A program made the position numbers and the translations under genes. The notes under the pieces were generated by a model, which was not told the DNA's origin, made no database searches, and saw only the letters and a list, made by a program, of their open reading frames with translations. From an uncultured virus (IMG/VR IMGVR_UViG_3300033487_000001) (lineage: Duplodnaviria; Heunggongvirae; Uroviricota; Caudoviricetes), in IMG/VR virus record IMGVR_UViG_3300033487_000001: a stretch of DNA of 64,000 bases. The stretch is one strand, 5' to 3'. How positions within the stretch are numbered: the first letter of the stretch is position 1; each line of letters starts with the position of its first letter. Of the stretch, positions 15,621 through 24,619 are shown one piece after another.

Positions 15621-15661
15621 TCCAATCCCAAAGCGTGCATAAAATACGCTACACTCAGGAA

Positions 15662-16114
15662 ATGTCAGACGGATCTAACGGCAGACAAGCGCGTCCGTCG
15701 GTCCGAAAGCTGTTCGCTACTGCCGCCGAAACGGCGGGAGTGGCCGACGCCCAGTCGCGAATAATCGACGGACTGAAGTCGGGCATCAACAACCTGATCA
15801 ACCGTTTCTTCGAAGACGCCCGCGAGATCGTGAACATCGCGATCCTGCACGCGACTCACGACGTCTACAACGACGGCACGGCGCGGGGCCACGCGCAGGC
15901 GATCGTGGTGTTTCGCGCATACATGCACGTGCTGGATCAAAAGTACGCAGACATGGTTCGCGATCCAAGGGTGGAGGTCTGTCGCCCGCCAGTGACCGCA
16001 GACGAGCTACGCATCGCGATCAACCAAACCGGCATGTCGCTTAGCCTCGCCGAAACAGAGAAGCTGGCGGCGGATATGCGCATCGATCTCGCGCGAGATC
16101 TGTTTGACATGTAG
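15662..16114 (+). CDS. Hypothetical protein
   Basis: Start moved to ATG 15662 (after the tRNA), 6 nt after TACACT. Confidence 0.65.
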   Translation: MSDGSNGRQARPSVRKLFATAAETAGVADAQSRIIDGLKSGINNLINRFFEDAREIVNIAILHATHDVYNDGTARGHAQAIVVFRAYMHVLDQKYADMVRDPRVEVCRPPVTADELRIAINQTGMSLSLAETEKLAADMRIDLARDLFDM

Positions 16115-16123
16115 ACTGAATAC

Positions 16124-16477
16124 GTGGACCAGGGCGTCGTAAAAACAATCCTCGACACCGGCCTGTTGGGCGCGCTGTTGCTCGCGTCGTGGGCCGTGAT
16201 CTGGGTGCTGTATCGATCACTCGACGACGCGCGCGCCAGCCACCTCAAGACGATCGAGCTGCTGCAGTCGCAGCGCGTCGCAGACGTGCACCAGCACCAG
16301 TCGCAGGTGCTGGAGATCGCGCGCGCTAGCGTGGCAGCCATCGCCAGCGCGGCCACCGCTCAGGCCGCCGTCAAAGAATCGGTGGGCGACGTGCGCAACG
16401 CACTCGCCGAGTACAACAGCACGCTGCGGCAATACCTCGACAACGTCCGCGGCCGAGACATAAGAAAGTCCCCGTGA
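16124..16477 (+). CDS. Single-TM membrane protein (holin-like)
   Basis: N-terminal TM GLLGALLLASWAVIWVLY then helical domain; next to the endolysin. Confidence 0.6.
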   Translation: MDQGVVKTILDTGLLGALLLASWAVIWVLYRSLDDARASHLKTIELLQSQRVADVHQHQSQVLEIARASVAAIASAATAQAAVKESVGDVRNALAEYNSTLRQYLDNVRGRDIRKSP

Positions 16478-16752
16478 CCATGTCAATGTCCAACTACGCT
16501 CTGCACGAGCTCGCGTTGAGCGAGCCCAACCACGAAGCTGTTGCAGAGGAAATCGCTCGCCTGAGGTCGCTGTTGCTCGGCGAAACTCAACGTATGTACC
16601 ACGAGACCAGCGCCACCGTCGGCGCCGCCGCAAAGCTGTCATACGCGGCCCGCAGCGCCCGCGCCATGATCCGTTCGGCGTCGCCGCATGCCGGTACGCC
16701 GGCCGTCGGCGCATCGGCCGAAGACACGCGGCGCATGCGCGTGATCCGCTAG
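16474..16752 (+). CDS. Hypothetical protein
   Basis: Overlaps upstream stop. Confidence 0.5.
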   Translation: MTMSMSNYALHELALSEPNHEAVAEEIARLRSLLLGETQRMYHETSATVGAAAKLSYAARSARAMIRSASPHAGTPAVGASAEDTRRMRVIR

Positions 16753-17549
16753 AGCTGGATCTCGTCGTCGCCGGGGCGCTCGATCCACAGCCCCAGTCGG
16801 TGCCCGTTCTGCTTGAGCAGCGCCACGGTCTTGTCCAGCGGTATGCCGTCACGGTCCTGCCGTGACATGCCCAGCGCGAACTGGCGACTCTTCCACAGCT
16901 CAAGATCCGACCTCGCAGGCATGTCCACGCACTCGTACCCGGCACGACGCAGGTACTCGAACGGCACCGACGTGTCTCCGCGACCGCGACTCTCGGTGTT
17001 CATGAAGTGGGCCGCCACGCCCACGTAGTCAGACCCCCTCTGGTGGCCGTGCTCGTCGAGACGGTCGACGACGCCCCTGGGCAGTCCCGTCGCCCCCCAT
17101 GGAATCTGTCGCTGGATGCCGAGATGCGCCGTCAGCGTATCCAGCACCCGCACCAGCGTCTGCAGCTGACCGTCGTATAGCGATCCGTCGGCATCCTGTA
17201 CCAGCTCGATGCCCAGCGAGATCGGGTTCCACGCGGTGGCGTGGTAGCAGAAGTCGGCCAGCGGATCGTTCTGCCAGATCAGCGTGCCGTCCGTATCCAG
17301 CGTCGCGTCCCACGACACGGCTCGTTCGGCGCGTGTCTGGTAGCGCGCGTAGACCTCCGCGCGGGTCGACGGCTTCAGACCGCCGCGCACCGGCCCGTTG
17401 ATACCCTTGACGGTGTGCAGCACGATCGTGCGGACGCGTCGCGTGCGTGGCGAGTGGTCGGTCACGTACGGCGCCAGCGCCGCGTCGTCGAGCCAGCAGA
17501 TGCTCTCGAACGCGGTCGCGATGCGCCGTCCACCGATCACGATCGACAT
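16749..17549 (-). CDS. N-acetylmuramoyl-L-alanine amidase (Amidase_2-type endolysin)
   Basis: IVLHT, DxDGT, YHA, NxxSLGIE, AAH motifs. Confidence 0.85.
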   Translation of the reverse strand: MSIVIGGRRIATAFESICWLDDAALAPYVTDHSPRTRRVRTIVLHTVKGINGPVRGGLKPSTRAEVYARYQTRAERAVSWDATLDTDGTLIWQNDPLADFCYHATAWNPISLGIELVQDADGSLYDGQLQTLVRVLDTLTAHLGIQRQIPWGATGLPRGVVDRLDEHGHQRGSDYVGVAAHFMNTESRGRGDTSVPFEYLRRAGYECVDMPARSDLELWKSRQFALGMSRQDRDGIPLDKTVALLKQNGHRLGLWIERPGDDEIQL

Positions 17550-17920
17550 CAGTTCACCAGGATGTTGGCCTTCGAATGGATCAGCGCACGACCGACGTCG
17601 CCGCGGCAGAATGTCTCTCGGATGTCGTCGGCCCGATCGCTGCCGAGTCCCAGCGACTCGATGAACAGCTCTAGCGCCGCCGCGACTTCGAGGCTGATGC
17701 GCTTCTCGGTGGCGTAGTCGCCCGCGCTGCGGGCAATCGCGGCGCGGATCACGTGTCGGTACATCGCGTCGGCGCGCGTCACCTGCAGCACGGACGCGCC
17801 GGCGCGCAGCGACAGCACCGCGAGGTCTTCGCGCAACATCTCCGCCTCGGCGAACGACTCGCGCTTGAGGGCGTCCGCCAGACTGCGGGCCGCGTTGGTG
17901 ACCGCCTCGTGCGGTGTCAC
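17549..17920 (-). CDS. Hypothetical protein in lysis cassette
   Basis: GTG 17920 overlaps upstream stop; own stop overlaps amidase start. Confidence 0.55.
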   Translation of the reverse strand: MTPHEAVTNAARSLADALKRESFAEAEMLREDLAVLSLRAGASVLQVTRADAMYRHVIRAAIARSAGDYATEKRISLEVAAALELFIESLGLGSDRADDIRETFCRGDVGRALIHSKANILVN

Positions 17921-18168
17921 GTCTTCGCCTTTTCGTCGATCAGCTTCTTCAGCCGGTCGCGCGCCGCGTTGTAGTCCGGCATCACGCTGCGCATCTCGGT
18001 GATGGCGACGTGCGGGTCCACGCCCGCCGCGATGAGGCCGGCGATCAGGTCGGCAGCCGCGCCGATCGCGGTCATCGCCACACGCCACTCTCCCGGCGCC
18101 AGCGGCGCGATCGAGGTGATGCCGCCGGAGATCGCCCGCAGGATATTCTCAGCCGTCGTGCCCGCCAT
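17917..18168 (-). CDS. Small hydrophobic protein in lysis cassette
   Basis: MAGTTAEN..., GGAGG SD, hydrophobic core, basic C-terminus. Confidence 0.55.
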   Translation of the reverse strand: MAGTTAENILRAISGGITSIAPLAPGEWRVAMTAIGAAADLIAGLIAAGVDPHVAITEMRSVMPDYNAARDRLKKLIDEKAKT

Positions 18169-18631
18169 CGGAGCCTCCGCATGCCAGTGGTCCAGGAATC
18201 GGATCGAGATCCGCGCGTCCCATCCCGCGCACCGCGCAGCGGTACGAACCCACGGCGTCGAGCAGCGCCCGTCCGTCACGCTGCAGATCGATGGTACAGG
18301 CGCCGGAATCCGGGAAGTCCTGACACGCCGTCAGATGCTCTCGCCACGCGTCGTGCGCCGCACGCGCGATCTCGTACGAGGTGAACACGTACTGCCAGCG
18401 TCGGTCGCACCCCGCGAACGCCGCCTCCAGCACCACGCGCTCGCACGGCGGATTGGGACACACCGCGTCGATCGCCTCTCGGCAATTGGAGCTGTACGCT
18501 TGAACCAGTGCCGGGCGAGCGACTTCGTTGAACGCGCGCGCGACGGCGTCCGCAGCCTGCGACTGCCGGCGGATGGATGTTGAGTCGCACGACGCAACGA
18601 GAATGAGCAGACACAGCAGAGCGCGAATCAT
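18149..18631 (-). CDS. Cys-rich lipoprotein (spanin candidate)
   Basis: MIRALLCLLILVAS-C lipobox-like signal; between holin-like gene and endolysin. Confidence 0.6.
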   Translation of the reverse strand: MIRALLCLLILVASCDSTSIRRQSQAADAVARAFNEVARPALVQAYSSNCREAIDAVCPNPPCERVVLEAAFAGCDRRWQYVFTSYEIARAAHDAWREHLTACQDFPDSGACTIDLQRDGRALLDAVGSYRCAVRGMGRADLDPIPGPLACGGSDGGHDG

Positions 18632-19023
18632 GGCGTCGCCTTCAGTCTGGAGTTGATCTCCAAGACAGCCTTTTCGACCATCTGCCCGAGCGTCTGGTTG
18701 GTGTCTTCCCCGGCCGCGGCCAGTGCGGCAACGAGGGTGGGGGCCAATATCCTGATCCTGGATACGGCCATCGCCTTTGCCGACGCCGCAGCCTGCTCGG
18801 TCCACGCGCCGGGTTTGCTCGGGTTCTTGAGCGGCTCCACGAAGCCTTGGTAAACCTCGGACACGCTACGCAATGCGTAGCCCTCCAGGGTCGACAGCAT
18901 GTCTGCCAGCTCCTTGTTTCGCACCCAGCTGTGAATCTTGCGAGCGAGGACGGCAGACAGAGCCAGCAGCAGTATTTGCAGCGGTCCGCTCAGCAGCGGC
19001 AGCGCTTGGCGCAGGATTTCCAT
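18628..19023 (-). CDS. Holin-like protein (LL-H-type architecture)
   Basis: N-terminal TM, VxxVYQxFVxxLK, AKxxA; heads the lysis cassette. Confidence 0.65.
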   Translation of the reverse strand: MEILRQALPLLSGPLQILLLALSAVLARKIHSWVRNKELADMLSTLEGYALRSVSEVYQGFVEPLKNPSKPGAWTEQAAASAKAMAVSRIRILAPTLVAALAAAGEDTNQTLGQMVEKAVLEINSRLKATP

Positions 19024-19055
19024 CCCACAAGTATGACATGCCGCCCCGGACACGA

Positions 19056-19090
19056 CAAAGCCGACCAGCAGCGAGTGCGGGTCGGCTTTG
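19056..19090 (-). terminator. Hairpin terminator ending the structural operon
   Basis: CAAAGCCGACC / GGTCGGCTTTG 11-bp inverted repeat with inner GCA/TGC pairs. Confidence 0.65.
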
Positions 19091-19113
19091 GCGCTTCCTT
19101 GTCGGGAGGAAGA

Positions 19114-19701
19114 CTAGCGGGCGTACGCGTGCTTGCGTCGGCCGAACGGATTCGACAAGCGCGACGGCGCCGGAAGCTGGTGGCTGGGCGGCGTGATGAA
19201 CGCCGACGGCAGGCGCAGGTGGCTCGCGAGCTGCAGCGTGGGCCGCTTGCCAGACTTGGGCGCCATGCCGAACGAGCGCAGCTGCTTGGTGTGCTTCGAC
19301 ACGGTCTTGGACAGGCCGCTTACGCGTCCCTCAAGCCGGTCGACGCGCCCCTCGACGCTGTGGAACTTGGCGCCGACCGCCTGGGCGGTCTTGCGCGCCG
19401 CACGCGTACGGCTGCGACGCGACTTGCGCGGCTTGGCGGCGGCGTGCTTCTTGGGAGCGTGCTTGCGCGCGCGCCCCTTCTTGGCGCCGCCCTTCTTCGC
19501 GTGTCCCTTCTTGGCACGTCCCTTCTTCGCGCTGGCCTTGCGGGCACGAGCCTTGGCGCCCTTCTTCCCGGCGCGGACATGCGCGCGGTGCTTCTTCGCA
19601 CGCGTCGCGGCGGCCTTCTTCGCGGCACGAACCCGCTTCGGGTCCTTCTTGCCGGCCTTCTTGCTGCCGCTCTTCTTTCCCTTGCCCTTACGCTTCGCCA
19701 T
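19114..19701 (-). CDS. Histone H1-like K/A/R-rich DNA-condensing protein
   Basis: AKKG repeats over ~105 aa, then heptad segment VEGRVDRLEGRVSGL. Confidence 0.8.
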   Translation of the reverse strand: MAKRKGKGKKSGSKKAGKKDPKRVRAAKKAAATRAKKHRAHVRAGKKGAKARARKASAKKGRAKKGHAKKGGAKKGRARKHAPKKHAAAKPRKSRRSRTRAARKTAQAVGAKFHSVEGRVDRLEGRVSGLSKTVSKHTKQLRSFGMAPKSGKRPTLQLASHLRLPSAFITPPSHQLPAPSRLSNPFGRRKHAYAR

Positions 19702-19735
19702 GATCTTTTCCTCTGACGGCCGCGGTGCGACCTGC

Positions 19736-20176
19736 TTATTTTTCGAGCACCAATGATGCGTCTACCTGCAGCAAGCTTGGCGTCGCGCCCTGTCCGACCT
19801 CGCTAAACTCGAAGGTAAACCATCTGTACTCAGACACATCTACCACGAATCCCTGTTGGAATGTACGCGGCTGGAAATCTTTTAGCGACGTATCTACCGC
19901 CGTGGCCAAGCCGACGCCTGGCACCACCAACGGTGCCGACGCGTTGTCGATCGTGACGTCGTTTACGATCGTTGTCGACGTGTCGCCGAAGCGCATCCGC
20001 ATGCGCGGAAAGGCCAGCGGGGCACCGACATCCTGTTGAAACAGGAGCCTCAACACCACGATCCTGGCCCGCGCCACATCGATCGCCTTGGGCGCCGGGT
20101 CGAACAGCGGGAACGCCTCCATGTTGGAGAGCGTCCTGATCGTAAACGCCACCGGTCTTGCTAGATTGACGCTCAT
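19736..20176 (-). CDS. Putative virion structural protein (beta-rich)
   Basis: Alternating hydrophobic strands; position in structural operon. Confidence 0.55.
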   Translation of the reverse strand: MSVNLARPVAFTIRTLSNMEAFPLFDPAPKAIDVARARIVVLRLLFQQDVGAPLAFPRMRMRFGDTSTTIVNDVTIDNASAPLVVPGVGLATAVDTSLKDFQPRTFQQGFVVDVSEYRWFTFEFSEVGQGATPSLLQVDASLVLEK

Positions 20177-20715
20177 GGCGGCCCGTAGTTCGGTCCAAGG
20201 ATGATGTTGTCGTGCTTGTCGTCGTACTCACCTAGCACGGCAGCGAGCAGCACGCGAACCTTCGAGCCGCCCGGCACCACGTTCGCCCAGATCTCCCACT
20301 CGGTTCCGTACAGACCGGACACCTGGACTAGCAGGTCTTTCTCTTCGAACGACTTGGCCTTCAGCGTGTTCGTGGTGCGTACGGTGGTAACGCATCCGGC
20401 GCCCTGACGAATCTCGAACACGATATCCGACGGAACGCCGGTAACATTGTTCCCGGTGTTCTGGATATCCATGTAGTAGAGCGCCAGCACGCTGGTTGGC
20501 TTGCCGAGCTCCTGAGGATTCTTGGTGAAGTCGGACGGGCAGTCCGAAAACGAAGACGGGTTGGGCGTGAATTCCGCTGCCACCTGAATGCCGCGCATCG
20601 GACGCACGGAATCGGCGACGGGAATGTCGATGGCCCGGAGAGCGCGCGAATACGACAGAGCGCTGGGGAGATAGCAGATCGTGTCGAATAGATTACGATC
20701 CATCCCTGCGGGCAT
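20173..20715 (-). CDS. Putative virion structural protein (beta-rich)
   Basis: Beta-strand pattern; follows the candidate capsid gene. Confidence 0.55.
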   Translation of the reverse strand: MPAGMDRNLFDTICYLPSALSYSRALRAIDIPVADSVRPMRGIQVAAEFTPNPSSFSDCPSDFTKNPQELGKPTSVLALYYMDIQNTGNNVTGVPSDIVFEIRQGAGCVTTVRTTNTLKAKSFEEKDLLVQVSGLYGTEWEIWANVVPGGSKVRVLLAAVLGEYDDKHDNIILGPNYGPP

Positions 20716-20771
20716 GGCGCGTCCCCGGACCTTTACTCAGACTGGTGGCGACCGACGAAAACCCGCTCCGA

Positions 20772-21548
20772 TTATGGAGGGGTTTCGATCGAGCCTTCGA
20801 GCGTGACGCGGACCGGAACCGCGAGCACCGAGCCCGCCGGGATCACGCCGAACGCGAGGAACGGCGAGGCGCCGTTCTCGGTCACGTTGAGCGCGCGATC
20901 GAGCGTCACGGAGATCTTCGGCTTGCGCGCGTTCTCGCCCGGGAAGCAGACCGCGGTACGGAGCCCGCGCATCACGCCCAGCATGCCAGAGCGATCCTTG
21001 TCGCCCACGCCACGCGCCGAGCCGTCGCTCTGCGCGAGATCGAGCGGGGTGCCGTCGTCGGTGCAGCCGTTCGGCTCCACGATGCGCCACGCCGCCGCCT
21101 TCGCCAGCTGCGTCAACACTTGGTTGTTGTACGCCTGGTCGTAGTAGAACTGGGGCTGATTGCTCTGCGACCCGTCCGCGGCGTAGATCGAGATCTGACC
21201 CAGTTCGAACATGATGCCGTACGCCGTGTAGAGACACGGCGAATCAGGCGCAGCGCCGCTCGGACCGAGGTTCGTCAGCGACAGACCCTTCGTCGCCGTC
21301 GCGAGGCCGCCGAGCGCCTCATCCTTGCCGGTCACGAACAGGTCAACCGTCTGCGCCGCGAACGTCATCACGCCCGGGGGGCCCGCCGCCAACGTCGCCA
21401 AGAGCAGCGCCGTGTCGTAGCGGAACGTGGTCAGGCGGTCGCGCTGCGAATTCGGATCGCAAACGCCACACCGGATCGTCGGATCACGCACGACCGACGG
21501 GTACTTGGACATCATCAGATCGAGATCACTCATTGTCTTTTCCTTCAC
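20772..21548 (-). CDS. Candidate major capsid protein (jelly-roll type, inferred)
   Basis: Soluble, beta-rich, strongly C/G-ending codons, directly after the membrane-protein cluster; fold not verifiable by eye. Confidence 0.45.
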   Translation of the reverse strand: MKEKTMSDLDLMMSKYPSVVRDPTIRCGVCDPNSQRDRLTTFRYDTALLLATLAAGPPGVMTFAAQTVDLFVTGKDEALGGLATATKGLSLTNLGPSGAAPDSPCLYTAYGIMFELGQISIYAADGSQSNQPQFYYDQAYNNQVLTQLAKAAAWRIVEPNGCTDDGTPLDLAQSDGSARGVGDKDRSGMLGVMRGLRTAVCFPGENARKPKISVTLDRALNVTENGASPFLAFGVIPAGSVLAVPVRVTLEGSIETPP

Positions 21549-21598
21549 TCACTCACGACGAAGTTACTGCCGAGGAAACCAGTCGCCTAGACGGTTTG

Positions 21599-22525
21599 TT
21601 ACCGAGCGACAGAAACGCGATTGCGCGCACCAGCGAACGCCGGCGCGTACCCGGAACCGAGCAGGCCCGCCGCCGGATGCGACGCGCGGTACGCGGCGTA
21701 GAGATCCTGACCAGCGCCGTAGACGCCGGCGATCGCGAAGCCGCTCAGCACGCTCGGCGGAACCGCCTTCACCTGGCTGGCCGCCACGGCACCCGCCACA
21801 CCTGCCACGGCCTTGGCCGCGGCCTTGATGTAGATGTTCGTGGTGGGAGCCATGCTCGACAGCTTGTTGAGCACGATCTGACTCACCGCGAACGAGCCGC
21901 TGACGATCGCCGCCATCGTGGCAACGGTCTTGCTCTTGGACATGAAGTCGCCGCCCTTCGGGTTCGCGCGAACCGCGTGGTGCTTGCGACTGTAGCGACG
22001 ACGATGCTTGGCCATGGGATTTGCCTCTACTCGATGGTTTCCGTGTACGAAGTGCAGCTTGCCAAGCTCGTCGTGAGTGACGATCGGCCTCGCACTGCTC
22101 TCGAACCGCAATGTGTGCGATCCACCTTCACTACGATACTTCAGCCACTCCAGCGTGCCAAGCGTAACCAAGAGTTTGGGGCGGCTCAAATGCGATTTCT
22201 TGGTCGATTTTCCGACCGGAAGATCCTCAATCCCGGCAGTAGTCGTCACATAACGACGCCCGCGCACAAACATCCGACCTACCGAATCACGGTACAGCTT
22301 CGGCTGGGCGTGTTCCTCGAACGGATGCCAATACGATGGCCTGCCTTCCGGCACCTCTTTGAGGTACTGGATCTCGGACAGATAACCCAGAAGAGTGAGC
22401 GTACCCACGGGCACATTCACTGGCGTGGAGCACTCGAACGAGTCCGCGTCCAGCCCCTCGTGCAGCTCGCGATACGTCGCACGCATCCATCGCTCGTCGC
22501 GTGGGCTCAGTCGACAGACGCTCAT
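21599..22525 (-). CDS. Duplicated-domain protein fused via NP motifs to a membrane protein
   Basis: Two LGxLxxxxY...FE...P...G repeats, then VEANP-MAKHRRR...RANP and hydrophobic helices; ATG 22525 overlaps upstream TGA. Confidence 0.75.
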   Translation of the reverse strand: MSVCRLSPRDERWMRATYRELHEGLDADSFECSTPVNVPVGTLTLLGYLSEIQYLKEVPEGRPSYWHPFEEHAQPKLYRDSVGRMFVRGRRYVTTTAGIEDLPVGKSTKKSHLSRPKLLVTLGTLEWLKYRSEGGSHTLRFESSARPIVTHDELGKLHFVHGNHRVEANPMAKHRRRYSRKHHAVRANPKGGDFMSKSKTVATMAAIVSGSFAVSQIVLNKLSSMAPTTNIYIKAAAKAVAGVAGAVAASQVKAVPPSVLSGFAIAGVYGAGQDLYAAYRASHPAAGLLGSGYAPAFAGARNRVSVAR

Positions 22526-23181
22526 CGGCGTTTGTACTCCGGGCTGGTCGTCCACACGTAGTAGGCGCCGAGCGCCGCAGCCCCCAGCGCGATCAGCACG
22601 AATTTGTCGGACGGACCTGCGTAGCCGCCGGTCAGTCCACCGCGTACCGGCGCCGGCGGAGACTCGCCCGCGTGCAGCCGAATGCCGTAGACGGACGCCG
22701 CCACGACAGCATGGCGATCGCCGAGACTCAGCGACGGATCTGGATCCGTTGCCGGGTCAAAGCACGCGACGCCGACCGGCGCGCCAGAGATCTCTGCGTC
22801 GACCGCCGGCAGCGTCGCGCCGACAGGCAGCAGCAGCGCATCGAAGCGCAGACCGTTTGGTCGGTAGTAGGCGAGGTAGATCGCGAACAACACGTCGAGC
22901 CGCGTGATCTGCGGACCCTGCGCGGCGAGGCGCGACGCCACCGGCTGCCACGCCGCGTCCTCGTTCGCGAGCGCCGCCGCCTGCGCGCGCAGCGCCACGA
23001 TCATAGACGATGACCACGACTGCGGCGACGCCGACATGCCCAACGCCGACCGCGCTGCCGACACTACGTCGGCCGCGCTCGTCGAGCAGACGTTCTGAAC
23101 GCCCGCGGCGCGCTGGTAGATCCAGTACGCGTCGTCGGCGCCGCCGCCCGCAAAGTTGGACTGTCCGTTTGCGTAGCCCAT
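22522..23181 (-). CDS. C-terminally anchored membrane protein
   Basis: Start MGYANG overlaps upstream TAA; FVLIALGAAALGAYYVW + KRR. Confidence 0.75.
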   Translation of the reverse strand: MGYANGQSNFAGGGADDAYWIYQRAAGVQNVCSTSAADVVSAARSALGMSASPQSWSSSMIVALRAQAAALANEDAAWQPVASRLAAQGPQITRLDVLFAIYLAYYRPNGLRFDALLLPVGATLPAVDAEISGAPVGVACFDPATDPDPSLSLGDRHAVVAASVYGIRLHAGESPPAPVRGGLTGGYAGPSDKFVLIALGAAALGAYYVWTTSPEYKRR

Positions 23182-23639
23182 TACCGCTTCTTCTGCATGA
23201 CCGTCATATAGAAGATCGCGCCCGCGGCGAAGCCCAGCGCGACCGGAATGTACGGAAACGACGTCGACGGATCGCCCGCCGCGCCCGCGGCCTTCATCGC
23301 GCGATCCGCGATCAGTGCCTGCTGAGCGTGCCACGCAGAAGGCGGACCGGCGCGGTATGTGCTGGCGCGCGCCAGCATGCTGTCCAGCTGTGGCCCGCAC
23401 GCCCCGTATTGCGCCTTTGCGCGGCTGCTGTCGCCGCTGACCGACGCATCCGCAGGCAGCTTCGCGAACGCCGTGCGGGTCGGAATGGCGATGCCGGCCG
23501 GCTTGGCGCCGACGCCGAGTCTAGCTGCCCCCAGCAGCGGGTTGCTCGCGGCGGGTCGATCCGACGCATGGTCGTGGTCCTCGCCGGGGCAGGTGCCGCC
23601 GGCCGCGCAAGTAGCACATGGAGTCGCAGAGCAACACAT
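23181..23639 (-). CDS. C-terminally anchored membrane protein
   Basis: Cys-rich N-terminus; VALGFAAGAIFYMTVM + QKKR. Confidence 0.7.
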   Translation of the reverse strand: MCCSATPCATCAAGGTCPGEDHDHASDRPAASNPLLGAARLGVGAKPAGIAIPTRTAFAKLPADASVSGDSSRAKAQYGACGPQLDSMLARASTYRAGPPSAWHAQQALIADRAMKAAGAAGDPSTSFPYIPVALGFAAGAIFYMTVMQKKR

Positions 23640-23644
23640 CGAAG

Positions 23645-23884
23645 TTACCGTTTCCCGCGAGGATTTCTACGCCGCGCCAACTCAGCGCGTGCGGCAGCGA
23701 TCGCGCGTCGCCGCCGCGGAGCCTCCGTCTTTTCGGAGGTGATCACCCAGTACGCCATCACAGCCGCCGCCACCACGAACACCGCCGTAGCGATGCCTGA
23801 CGCACCATGCGCCTGCTCGGCGGTGAGCAGCTCGCCGGATGGCATCGTGCGGTAGCGAGCTGGCAGGTCGCTAAAGTCTTCCAC
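23645..23884 (-). CDS. Small membrane protein with C-terminal RRRNP
   Basis: TM IATAVFVVAAAVMAYWVI; Arg-rich tail. Confidence 0.7.
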   Translation of the reverse strand: MEDFSDLPARYRTMPSGELLTAEQAHGASGIATAVFVVAAAVMAYWVITSEKTEAPRRRRAIAAARAELARRRNPRGKR

Positions 23885-24619
23885 TTACCACTTCCGCTTC
23901 TTGCTCGGATCGAACTTGCCGATCTTCGGTCCGTGCTGCGTGATGGCGCTTGCCAGCAGAAGACCCGTCACTCCAAGTAGCAGCCAAAAGGTCGGCGATC
24001 CGATGAACGGCACCGCCTCCGGCGCAGCGGCCAAGTCACGGTCTGGCGTAGGCGGACCGCAAACCATGCCCCCCACCACACCGCTGACCGGCGCCGGCGG
24101 AGACGAGTCGAACGCGGGCAGCACGACGCTCGGCGGCAGACGCACCATCGCTACCGTGTTGCCGGGAGCCCGACGCCTGGCCCCTGTCGACGGATTGATC
24201 GCCGGCAGCACGCTGCCCGTAACGGCGTCGCGTACTTCCGATGGGATCGTCTCCCAAATCGCCGCCCTGAGCGTCGTCTGCGAGATGCTGCGTCTGGCGG
24301 CGTCCTGCAGGACCGCCGAGGCCACCGCGCTGGCGCCGTCCGCCATCAGCGCCACGTACAACGCGCGTAGCACGCCCAGCGACCACGCCCCGGTGTGCGT
24401 CTGATCGATCAGCGGCAGATCGGCGTCGGTGACCATGGCGCCGGTCCAGTCGAGCGGCGGCCTCGACGACGGCATGCTGGCCAGCCGACTGCTCAGCTCA
24501 TCCACGAGCGACGCGAGGAACGACGCCGCATCGGTACGGCACACCTCGACGCCGGACGCGTCTTGATGCTGGTACCATGCCGACTCCGGCCTAGCGCTGG
24601 TCCAATCGGACGGCAGCAT
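23885..24619 (-). CDS. C-terminally anchored membrane protein
   Basis: FWLLLGVTGLLLASAI + KKRKW. Confidence 0.75.
   Translation of the reverse strand: MLPSDWTSARPESAWYQHQDASGVEVCRTDAASFLASLVDELSSRLASMPSSRPPLDWTGAMVTDADLPLIDQTHTGAWSLGVLRALYVALMADGASAVASAVLQDAARRSISQTTLRAAIWETIPSEVRDAVTGSVLPAINPSTGARRRAPGNTVAMVRLPPSVVLPAFDSSPPAPVSGVVGGMVCGPPTPDRDLAAAPEAVPFIGSPTFWLLLGVTGLLLASAITQHGPKIGKFDPSKKRKW

Noticed and set aside
15566..15661. N-terminal extension of ORF 15566-16114
   Set aside because: It runs through the tRNA; ATG 15662 has a -10 box at the recurrent spacing.
19430..19700. CTTCTT/GCCCTTCTT repeats as a possible array
   Set aside because: They encode AKKG repeats of the histone-like protein; no spacer structure.
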